A stretch of DNA of 64,000 nucleotides from Candidatus Poribacteria bacterium (GTDB lineage Bacteria > Poribacteria > WGA-4E > WGA-3G): assembly GCA_022824835.1 (NCBI GenBank), contig JAJDZB010000073.1, forward strand, positions 23,933 through 87,932, in the 5' to 3' direction. Every line of letters begins with the position of its first letter. Position 1 is the stretch's first letter. Positions 46,102-54,015 of the stretch are shown here, one piece after another. Under the pieces are notes generated by a model. That model saw only the letters and a list, made by a program, of their open reading frames with translations, searched no databases and had not been told where the DNA came from. A program made the translations under genes and the position numbers.

Positions 46102-47709
46102 ATGGAAGCAAAAACAAAAAGTAGAGTCATTATGGTAGCGAGTTGGCTGATTATTATCGGGGTGATCGGTCTTGCCTATAAGTTTCTCGTTGAACCACGG
46201 CTTAGTGGTAGACGTGATAAACTCGTTCAAGATACGAGCACGCGTAATTATGACCACGAAATAAAAATCGCCCACGACTCTTTTCCAGGATATGCTATTT
46301 TACGTTCTGACGCTGTCAAGAACCTACTTGATCGTCAAGCCATTAAACTTACGTTTATTGATGACAAAGCGGACTATGTCAAGAGAGTACGTGATCTCAA
46401 AAGTGGTAAAGTGCAGATGGCGGTTTTTACAATAGATGCATATCTTAAAGCGGGTAATGTTGTTGGTGATTATCCCGGTTCAATTGTTCTGGTCATAGAC
46501 GAATCTAAAGGTGCTGATGCCATGGTAGCACATAAACGTGGTGTTGCGGCTATACCAAATTTGAGCAATCCGGCGGCTAAGATAATACTCACACCGGACT
46601 CACCGAGTGAAACACTTGCACGTATTATGATTAACACGATGAGTCTGCCGAGTCTACCAGCAAATTGGAAATCGGATGCCAATGGGGCAGAAGATGTATA
46701 CAATAAACTAAAATCTGCCGATCCAGACGACCCGTACGCCTATGTTCTTTGGGAACCTTATGTAACAAAAGCACTTGCAATTGATGGCGTCCAATTGCTG
46801 TTGGATAGTTCAAAAATAAAAGGATATATCGTTGATGTCTTAGTGGTTCAACGGGAATTTCTAAACTCTCAACGCGAACTTGTTACCCCTGTTGTGCAAG
46901 CCTATCTCCGGGCAAACTACGATTACACAAACCAACCGGATGGATTGCTGTCATTAATTCAGGAAGATGCAAAGCAGTATGGTGACACATTAAATCAGAA
47001 TGAAGCGAGTAAACTTGTAAAAGGTATTGAATGGCGTAACACCGTTGAGAATTATGCTCATTTCGGTATTATCACGGGTTCAGCGGCGAAAGAAGCGGAG
47101 AAACTTGACACGATGATACAGAAAATAATGCAAGTTCTTGTCAAAACCAAATCCCTGCCATCCGATCCGTTAGCTGGGAATTATGGACAGTTATACTATG
47201 AAGGAATTTTACGTGCATTAAATACAGACGAGTTCCATCCCGGTGTGCTCAGTAGTAGCGCCACTGAGGGTTTAGAAGGTATCCTTGTAGATACTTCAAG
47301 TGTGATAGAGGAGAAAGTGCGTGAAGATAAAGCACTCAATCCACTCTCGGATACGAACTGGAATAATCTTGCGCCTGTTGCAGCGATGAAGATTGAGCCG
47401 ATTCAATTCGGCAGGGGGAATGCTCGTATTCTTCCCGGTAGTAAACGTGCTCTCACCGACATTGCATCCAAGCTCAAGTCGTTCCCTCAATACTATCTTC
47501 GAGTCGTTGGACACACACGTGCGGAAGGGGACGCTACAGCGAATAAGGTTCTGGCAACACAACGCGCAGAAGCCGCAGCGAAGGCACTCAGGGAACTGGG
47601 TATTGCAAATCATAGAATACGCGCTATTGCTGGCACTCGGAATGCATTTAAGAAGCATGGCGGCGAAGCGCAAAGCGTGACTTTTGAATTGTTAGGTCAG
47701 GCGTATTAG
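46102..47709 (+). CDS. Membrane-anchored SBP-like (SsuA/TauA-like) plus OmpA-like fusion protein
   Basis: ATG at 46102, one nt after the upstream stop. N-terminal TM helix. WEPYVTKAL..DVLVVQREFL resembles NMT1/TauA-type binding proteins. C-terminal LRVVGHTRAEGD..NKVLATQRAEAAAKAL is OmpA/MotB-like. Confidence 0.55.
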   Translation: MEAKTKSRVIMVASWLIIIGVIGLAYKFLVEPRLSGRRDKLVQDTSTRNYDHEIKIAHDSFPGYAILRSDAVKNLLDRQAIKLTFIDDKADYVKRVRDLKSGKVQMAVFTIDAYLKAGNVVGDYPGSIVLVIDESKGADAMVAHKRGVAAIPNLSNPAAKIILTPDSPSETLARIMINTMSLPSLPANWKSDANGAEDVYNKLKSADPDDPYAYVLWEPYVTKALAIDGVQLLLDSSKIKGYIVDVLVVQREFLNSQRELVTPVVQAYLRANYDYTNQPDGLLSLIQEDAKQYGDTLNQNEASKLVKGIEWRNTVENYAHFGIITGSAAKEAEKLDTMIQKIMQVLVKTKSLPSDPLAGNYGQLYYEGILRALNTDEFHPGVLSSSATEGLEGILVDTSSVIEEKVREDKALNPLSDTNWNNLAPVAAMKIEPIQFGRGNARILPGSKRALTDIASKLKSFPQYYLRVVGHTRAEGDATANKVLATQRAEAAAKALRELGIANHRIRAIAGTRNAFKKHGGEAQSVTFELLGQAY

Positions 47710-47760
47710 ACTCAGGTAAATGTTTGTGCAGACTATACCATTATATAGGAGGACAGAAGC

Positions 47761-48657
47761 ATGTCAATTAATAGAAACAGAAAACAGAGAAAAATATCCA
47801 ATCGTCCTTTATCACGTCGTGCATTTATAAAAGGTTCTGTAGGACTTGCCACAGCTGCTACGGCTGGCGGTGGTTTAATTCGGTCAGCGAGCGCACAACG
47901 ATCCAGTTTTGGTGAGCATATACCGTATGATTCAACAAAAGATTATCATTGGGACTATAATCCACGCAACGGCAGACGTGAAATAATTGAACACCACCAT
48001 CCTGGCATGGAACCAACAGGTGAAAAATTTACTTTCGTCCGACTCAAATATCCCGGCGGAGATTGGTATACCAATCTTGTCAGAACCTACTTCTGGCAGT
48101 CAGACTTAAAGTTTACGCAACTGCTTGATGCCAATACCGCAATAAATGTTGATCTGCGACAACATCCACAATATGTTGAAATTGACGATCCTTGGTTGTT
48201 TTCTTATCCATTCCTCTTCATGACTGGACACGGTAAGGTTAGGGGTGGTATGCGAATTACGGATCAACAGATCAGAAAGTTAAGAGAGTACTTTGATCGC
48301 GGTGGATTCATGCACGTTGAAGATTGCGATATCCGTGAATATGACTTCCGTCCGCAGATTGTGCAATTGATGAAACGGATCTTCCCAGATAAGAAATTCG
48401 AACGTCTGGATTTGACGCACCCAATTTACCACACACTTTACCCACATAATGAATATATGGGTGGGGACAAACTGTGGCCAACTTATGCTTATGACGAAGT
48501 TATCTTGGATAAGGATGACAAAGTCATGGTCTACTTCTGTCCAAACGATCTCAACTGTGCATGGGAAGGAAGAATATGTGAGCCCGGTGGTGAAGAGCAA
48601 CGTATTTGGGCATTTGAACAAGGGATGAATGTTGTCGCTTATGCCTTAACGAGATGA
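47761..48657 (+). CDS. Tat-signal protein with a DUF4159-like domain
   Basis: Twin-arginine motif SRRAFIKGS followed by a hydrophobic stretch. FVRLKYPGGDWYTN..YPFLFMTGHG..LREYFDRGGFMHVEDC matches my memory of DUF4159. Confidence 0.5.
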   Translation: MSINRNRKQRKISNRPLSRRAFIKGSVGLATAATAGGGLIRSASAQRSSFGEHIPYDSTKDYHWDYNPRNGRREIIEHHHPGMEPTGEKFTFVRLKYPGGDWYTNLVRTYFWQSDLKFTQLLDANTAINVDLRQHPQYVEIDDPWLFSYPFLFMTGHGKVRGGMRITDQQIRKLREYFDRGGFMHVEDCDIREYDFRPQIVQLMKRIFPDKKFERLDLTHPIYHTLYPHNEYMGGDKLWPTYAYDEVILDKDDKVMVYFCPNDLNCAWEGRICEPGGEEQRIWAFEQGMNVVAYALTR

Positions 48658-48663
48658 GGATTT

Positions 48664-48741
48664 AGGGAGTGGAAGATTGGAAGAGGGGAAGATTGGAAGA
48701 AGGGAAGAAGGGAAGAGTGGGAGAGTGGAAAAGTGGAAGAT
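48664..48741 (+). repeat. Purine-rich (T)GGAAG tract, locus C
   Basis: Same family, about 10 GGA triplets. Lies immediately 3' of the DUF4159-like gene. Confidence 0.85.
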
Positions 48742-48771
48742 TCCATCTATCCAGCAATTCTTGATATGAAT

Positions 48772-50046
48772 CTACAGCCCTACCGATCCGTTTGTGTAAT
48801 TCTTTGGCACATTCGCCAAAACCCTATCACGGAAACGCTGATATGCAAGACTTGCACCTGCAATGTTTCCTGATGCAGGACCAATTTGAAGTTGGGCAAC
48901 TGTCCCTGAACCGAACAGATTCTTGACCGGTAGGAATTCTAAGTTCGTATCAAGAATTGGTAAACCACACACAAGCGGAATTGAGTGTTGTTCGATTAAC
49001 GCTTGAAGAAATCCGTAACCCCGTACGTCGAATCTATATCCAGTTGCAAGTATTATTTGAGACACATTCGTAATAACATCACGGGTCGTTTCAACTATTA
49101 GGTGTTTATCCATGTTTATATTGCGGATAAGCGTTTGGGGTAAGATTCTGATGTTTTCACTATTCTCAAGCGATTCCATTACATCTGGTGTTATGCTACC
49201 CTCACCTCTGTTCTCCTGAATAATCTGGTATCGTCGCTGGAAATCTGATTCTCCCGCAAATTCTGTTAGTGCTTTTGGTCCTAACCAGATTGGCGGGAAG
49301 TCAAACTGTTCCGTTTTCAACTGCTTTCTTGCGACCAAAACGACATTGTGTCCACGTTCACTCAAACTCCGGGCAAGTGTTCCGGCAGTTAACCCACCCC
49401 CTACGATTACGATCTTACCGGTTTTTTCCAACCCCTGATATGTATTCACAGAGAACTGGGATGAATGTAGTATCCGATTAGGGTAACGACGTTGCCAATC
49501 TCTATACGCTTCAGGTACATAAGCGCAATCCTCTGAGCCGATAGCAAGTATAACGCAACTACTACGAAAACCTTCGCCCCCGTAATGTTTTTTGTCAGAG
49601 ATTATCCTGAACGGGAACCTTCCTGTTCCTTTGTCCCACCGTAGTTTTGACACATTGAATTGGTGATATATTGGATAAGCTTGTATCTCCTTTACAGCTT
49701 CCAGACAATAATCCCAAAATATCTCAGTAGAGGGTTGGTTGTATGGGGGTGCTAACGCATCAGTACGGTCATGCTGCTGTGCATAGTCAACTATCCCTAA
49801 GGAATCAGGTGTGATATGGTGTACTGCGGGGGAACGGAGAAATGTCATGCCTTGACGTTCGGTTTTGTTTCTCCATTCAGTGAGGGGTTGCGGATGTTTG
49901 TCTAAGATGACAATGTGTCTGGCTACCTGCGGCATGTCGCGCATCAGTCGCAATGCGATAGAGATACCGTGAATACCCCCGCCGATGATTGTAATTGGAA
50001 TATTGCGATGTGCAAGAGATTTCATGACTTCTATCGTATCACTCAA
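48772..50046 (-). CDS. FAD/NAD(P)-binding oxidoreductase (two dinucleotide folds; K_oxygenase-like)
   Basis: ITIIGGGIHGIS and IVIVGGGLTAGTLA GxGxxG motifs, ATGY motif near the C-terminus. Specific function not assignable. Confidence 0.55.
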   Translation of the reverse strand: MSDTIEVMKSLAHRNIPITIIGGGIHGISIALRLMRDMPQVARHIVILDKHPQPLTEWRNKTERQGMTFLRSPAVHHITPDSLGIVDYAQQHDRTDALAPPYNQPSTEIFWDYCLEAVKEIQAYPIYHQFNVSKLRWDKGTGRFPFRIISDKKHYGGEGFRSSCVILAIGSEDCAYVPEAYRDWQRRYPNRILHSSQFSVNTYQGLEKTGKIVIVGGGLTAGTLARSLSERGHNVVLVARKQLKTEQFDFPPIWLGPKALTEFAGESDFQRRYQIIQENRGEGSITPDVMESLENSENIRILPQTLIRNINMDKHLIVETTRDVITNVSQIILATGYRFDVRGYGFLQALIEQHSIPLVCGLPILDTNLEFLPVKNLFGSGTVAQLQIGPASGNIAGASLAYQRFRDRVLANVPKNYTNGSVGL

Positions 50047-50873
50047 TCGGTGAAGGGACCGGGAAGATGGAGCCGTGTTAGTTCGAAAGTCTGCGTCTGA
50101 AAAGTGTCAGTAGCACGGTAACGGCTGAATCTATACTTAACCACACCCACGGATGGCGCAACCCAATAGACTGCGGGTGGACTGATCAACCTTATCGTTG
50201 AATCCTCACTCTCACTGTATACGACCTCTTCGTAGACAACGAATGTATTGAAACTTCCTGCGGGTACGGTAATCTCGAAATCTTTCTCAGCAACAAAACG
50301 TGTGGCAGAGACTGGGATACCGATGTCCTTTTCAAAAACAACCCACTGTTTGCCAACCTCTAATGGAAAATCCCATAACTTGCGAGCCGGAAAATGTTTC
50401 TGATGAAACAACGGGTTGTCAAGTGGGAGAATAACATCAAACGCTGATTCTGTCAACGCTTGCGGTGTTTTTGTGAAATAGGTAGCCAAAATAGGAAACG
50501 GAAATCCATCAAAAAACTCCGTGTCTAACCTGAAGTAATATGCATTGGCAGACAGATGATCAATTGATTCAAAAGGAAATTCATCGGGGGGAGTGGGTGT
50601 CAATTCACTAATCGTCATCTGCCTGTGGGTTGTTCCGCTAATATCGCGTGTGCCTCCTATACGTAGTGTAACCTCTTGCTCAGTATCAACATTTATATAG
50701 GTCCATGACGAACCGGTATCTGTTGGGAAATCAATGGCTTGGAGTGTTCCTGTTGTGATCGGTGGCGGTATTTTCGTTTCACCGTGCGGTTCAATCAGAC
50801 CTTCTTCACCACAACTTACGAAAAGTAGTATTAAAACGAAAGTTAAGAAAGATGATTTTGCTTTTATAAACAT
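50043..50873 (-). CDS. Hypothetical lipoprotein
   Basis: Lipobox LFVSCGE. 4-nt overlap with the downstream oxidoreductase start. Confidence 0.45.
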   Translation of the reverse strand: MFIKAKSSFLTFVLILLFVSCGEEGLIEPHGETKIPPPITTGTLQAIDFPTDTGSSWTYINVDTEQEVTLRIGGTRDISGTTHRQMTISELTPTPPDEFPFESIDHLSANAYYFRLDTEFFDGFPFPILATYFTKTPQALTESAFDVILPLDNPLFHQKHFPARKLWDFPLEVGKQWVVFEKDIGIPVSATRFVAEKDFEITVPAGSFNTFVVYEEVVYSESEDSTIRLISPPAVYWVAPSVGVVKYRFSRYRATDTFQTQTFELTRLHLPGPFTD

Positions 50874-50925
50874 ATTGTTCCTACGGATTCTATTAATTTA
50901 TCTCTCATTATTGACTGTTAGAAAT

Positions 50926-51018
50926 GGACACAAACTGGAAAGTTTGTGCTACATAGGTGCACAATCTAACAGAATGTGCTACACGGGACACAAACTGGAA
51001 AGTTTGTGCTACAATCTG
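50926..51018. repeat. Related ..TGTGCTACA array (GGACACAAACTGGAAAGTTTGTGCTACA x2 flanking GCACAATCTAACAGAATGTGCTACA)
   Basis: CACAATCTAACAGAATGTGCTACA is shared exactly with 25993-26016. It also occurs at 26070-26087 up to CAGAATGT and diverges after that. 8-bp stem CACAAACT/AGTTTGTG. Confidence 0.85.
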
Positions 51019-51035
51019 GGAATCTTGTTTCATTC

Positions 51036-51065
51036 TGCTAATCCTAATAATCCTGTAAATCCTGG
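51036..51065. repeat. AATCCT periodic tract (9-nt period, three units)
   Basis: CTAATCCT AATAATCCT GTAAATCCT. Confidence 0.65.
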
Positions 51066-51066
51066 T

Positions 51067-53685
51067 TCATTTTACAATAGAGAATTTACCTGCGCTTCGG
51101 TATCCGTTTCCATCGCTTGCCATGTAGAAGTATAGTCCGGTACAGACCTTTTCACCATTTTGATTGGTACAATCCCAATTCGACGCATTCTCTATTACCT
51201 TAATTAAGTTACCCGTTACATCATAGATTTCAACTTTTAGACCTTTTGGGTAAAATGAAAGGTGTTGGTTCCCAAGAGTTGGACGAATTGGATTTGGTGC
51301 AACTACTACTTTGCGGTTCGTACTGTTCTGTAGATAACTGAAAGATTGTCCTTGCCAGATTCTGTTACCGGTTTTACCTGATAGGTTCTTTCCAGAAATC
51401 TTATATAAGTAAATCCCGGTAGCAGGGAATCCGTTTGTCTGTAGAGTCCCACGCCATTTTGTAGGAGACACCTGGAATAAGGTGATGTTATAGGTATCCC
51501 TATTTGGTGCTTCTACTGATAACATCGGCGCACTTTGAAGTGCATGCGTGCTTGTCACCTCAACATGCCACTCGCCTGTGCCGTGTTGTTGTGTATTGAT
51601 GAAAAACGATGGTGCTTGGTTTGCTGATTCTATGGCCGGTGAAAAGCTATCTGGAGCGATACTCGGTGTTCCCATAATTCCTATAGCGTCCGCCGGCACA
51701 ACTGCATAGTAATAGTGTACCATGTCTTCAGGGTCAACGTCCTGGAAAACTGTTCTATCTTCAAACTGCCCCTGTTGTGGGATTTGCGTCAATGAGACGC
51801 GTCCGACAACAGTGATGTCGTCTTCAGCAATGCCATCTCCGTTGCGATCAACGGCTGCGAGCACTTCAGCATCGGATTGGAAGGTTTGCGGTTCATCTGT
51901 TTCACTATTTAAGACGTATCGTTTTCTGACGATAGCGACTTCCTGAATACCCGTTGGGTCATCAACAGTCCAATTGAGCAAAGCACCAGAAGTGCCTTGT
52001 GATACTTGGACGTTTGCGAGTTGTCCTTTCGGTGGTGCGCCAGCAACAAAACTGATAGAACCACCAGTAGTACCACCCGGAACTACCACCTGTTCAACAT
52101 CAGCGTGCATATTGATAAGAATAAGTGTAATTTCTTTAATCACGCCACCGAAATCATTGAATGTGATTTGTGCTTCCTGAGACTTATGATATGTGAAGGC
52201 TTCTCTGATTTCAATTTTATTGTTCTGTTTCTTTACAATGAATTTTGCAGCCCACCCACGTAATCCTGTGCCATTGAGTCTGTTAAGTTCGCTCTGGATA
52301 TTGTTTCTGTCTTCAATTGTCAGAGCACTCATATCATAAGGCGCAAGGTCAGCACCATCAATTTTGATTGCGAATTCTGGCATGACGCCTTGTGGTCGGA
52401 ATACGATATAACGACACGAAAAGTGTTCTGGCATCGCCTCAGAATCGAAGTGCGTACCAATCGGATATTGACTGTGAACATCGTTTGGGTGGATTGCGAC
52501 AGTAGGGAACCTTTCAGCGTTTCTATACCCTTGTATATCAACAGTCGTATTCGCGCGTGTATACGTAAAATAATTCCATACAGTAAAAGTCTTGAAAGCT
52601 TCTGCGAGGGTTGTACCGTTGTCTATAAAGACATCATAAAAGTTACCGAATTCGCGATAACTGCCATCTGTCGTATTGGTATAAAACTGGCGTATGATGT
52701 CATAGCCGAATCGTTCTGCCATATAGAGCGACCAGATGACTGACCCGTATTCATGGTCACCGATTCTACTCTCAAGGGAAATATCGGGTATATTAAACCA
52801 TCGGCGTAGTTGATGGATGTAATAGTTATAAGCGTTAGTCTCGGTCGGTTCATCGGGATCAGGGAGTGTGTCTCCATCGTCAACGACACCGCCATCATAA
52901 GTCATCACCTCAATCCACGTAGCAGATGATTCCATGAACCAGGTTGGCATATAGGCGTTATATGCAAACTGTATCCCGTGCAGGAATTCATGTGCGCATG
53001 TGGTTTCAAGATATCGTATCCCCTCTGCTTTTCCGACATAATCGTAGATACGTGAGTTGATCATGAAATAGGGAGCGATTGTCAACGCAGTGGATAGTAC
53101 CCGTCCTTCAAACCAGTCTGCTGTTGTGATACCGAGTGCTGGGAAGGTAAACAGGTATACATCCATTTTATGGTCGCCGCCGTTCTGTGCTGCCCAAAAA
53201 TCCATGTAAGGTTTCTTGAACCCCATGAGATCAATTTGAACGTGATAGGCGCGTTCCATCGCATCAGCACAGAGATCGATATAATCAGGGACTCCGTTAC
53301 GGGGATGAAAGTCTTCAAGCGGCGGTGCGTGGGGTCCTCTGCGTGTATAGTGGAGTTTGAAATGCGGTGTGTTAAAGTGTTCTGTAAGGACAATATCACC
53401 GAAGAAACTTCCCGGAAGTCCTGGACGGAGGAAAACCGGTTTTAATTCTTGCCGTAGTGTTGATGGGATGTTTTGCCAGTTTTTCGCGACCGTTACAAAA
53501 CTATCCGTAGCACATTCCATGACGTCGCCAGGTGAATATCTCGGTTTGAGATTAGTGAACTTTCGTACATTTTGAATGGCACTTTGAAGGTCTGCATCTG
53601 GAGGGAGTGCATAACTGATACACGAAATAGTTACTGTAAATAGGAGGACAGCAGTAAAATATGTATTTTTGGCGATTTTTTTCAT
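51067..53685 (-). CDS. Secreted HEXXH metalloprotease-like protein with a T9SS/FlgD-Ig-like C-terminal domain
   Basis: Signal peptide. TCAHEFLHGIQFAY..WFMESSATWIE (HEXXH plus a downstream Glu). C-terminal LKVEIYDVTGNLIKVI...GLYFYMA..GKFSIVK beta-sandwich sorting-domain pattern. Confidence 0.65.
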   Translation of the reverse strand: MKKIAKNTYFTAVLLFTVTISCISYALPPDADLQSAIQNVRKFTNLKPRYSPGDVMECATDSFVTVAKNWQNIPSTLRQELKPVFLRPGLPGSFFGDIVLTEHFNTPHFKLHYTRRGPHAPPLEDFHPRNGVPDYIDLCADAMERAYHVQIDLMGFKKPYMDFWAAQNGGDHKMDVYLFTFPALGITTADWFEGRVLSTALTIAPYFMINSRIYDYVGKAEGIRYLETTCAHEFLHGIQFAYNAYMPTWFMESSATWIEVMTYDGGVVDDGDTLPDPDEPTETNAYNYYIHQLRRWFNIPDISLESRIGDHEYGSVIWSLYMAERFGYDIIRQFYTNTTDGSYREFGNFYDVFIDNGTTLAEAFKTFTVWNYFTYTRANTTVDIQGYRNAERFPTVAIHPNDVHSQYPIGTHFDSEAMPEHFSCRYIVFRPQGVMPEFAIKIDGADLAPYDMSALTIEDRNNIQSELNRLNGTGLRGWAAKFIVKKQNNKIEIREAFTYHKSQEAQITFNDFGGVIKEITLILINMHADVEQVVVPGGTTGGSISFVAGAPPKGQLANVQVSQGTSGALLNWTVDDPTGIQEVAIVRKRYVLNSETDEPQTFQSDAEVLAAVDRNGDGIAEDDITVVGRVSLTQIPQQGQFEDRTVFQDVDPEDMVHYYYAVVPADAIGIMGTPSIAPDSFSPAIESANQAPSFFINTQQHGTGEWHVEVTSTHALQSAPMLSVEAPNRDTYNITLFQVSPTKWRGTLQTNGFPATGIYLYKISGKNLSGKTGNRIWQGQSFSYLQNSTNRKVVVAPNPIRPTLGNQHLSFYPKGLKVEIYDVTGNLIKVIENASNWDCTNQNGEKVCTGLYFYMASDGNGYRSAGKFSIVK

Positions 53686-53696
53686 TAAAAGGGTCT

Positions 53697-53982
53697 TATG
53701 TGTGAATTTGATGCCTAAGGTTTTGTTGTTAATATCTTCTGTAACGCCTCTTCTATTGTATCACAAAATGTCAGGATATGCAATGTATTATAACATTAGA
53801 GTGTGTAAAGTTTTGGTTGCGATAAGCGTCAATTTAGTGATTTCCCAGGCCGGTAGGTTCGGTTTCCTAACCGAACCGGATCCTTAGCGAAAACCTTTAT
53901 GAACGCAATTGACACAAAGCCGGTTCGGTTAGGAAACCGAACCTACCGGCCTGGGAAAATCTGATTTATCAAACTCACGTTA
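53697..53982. mobile_element. Possible larger or composite member of the same MITE family
   Basis: The right end GATTTATCAAACTCACGTTA matches the other copies. The left end TGTGTGAATTTGATG is only similar. The interior carries a perfect 37-nt inverted repeat of the REP core (53841-53877 / 53922-53958). Confidence 0.4.
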
Positions 53983-54015
53983 GAATAAAGAGTTTCTATG
54001 CATCACAACGTTGGA

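Noticed and set aside
53841-53958. tRNA-like sequence, because of GGTTCGGTT..AACCGAACC.
   Set aside because: It is a simple hairpin repeated many times in both orientations. There is no acceptor, D or anticodon arm arrangement and no GTTCGAATC T-loop.
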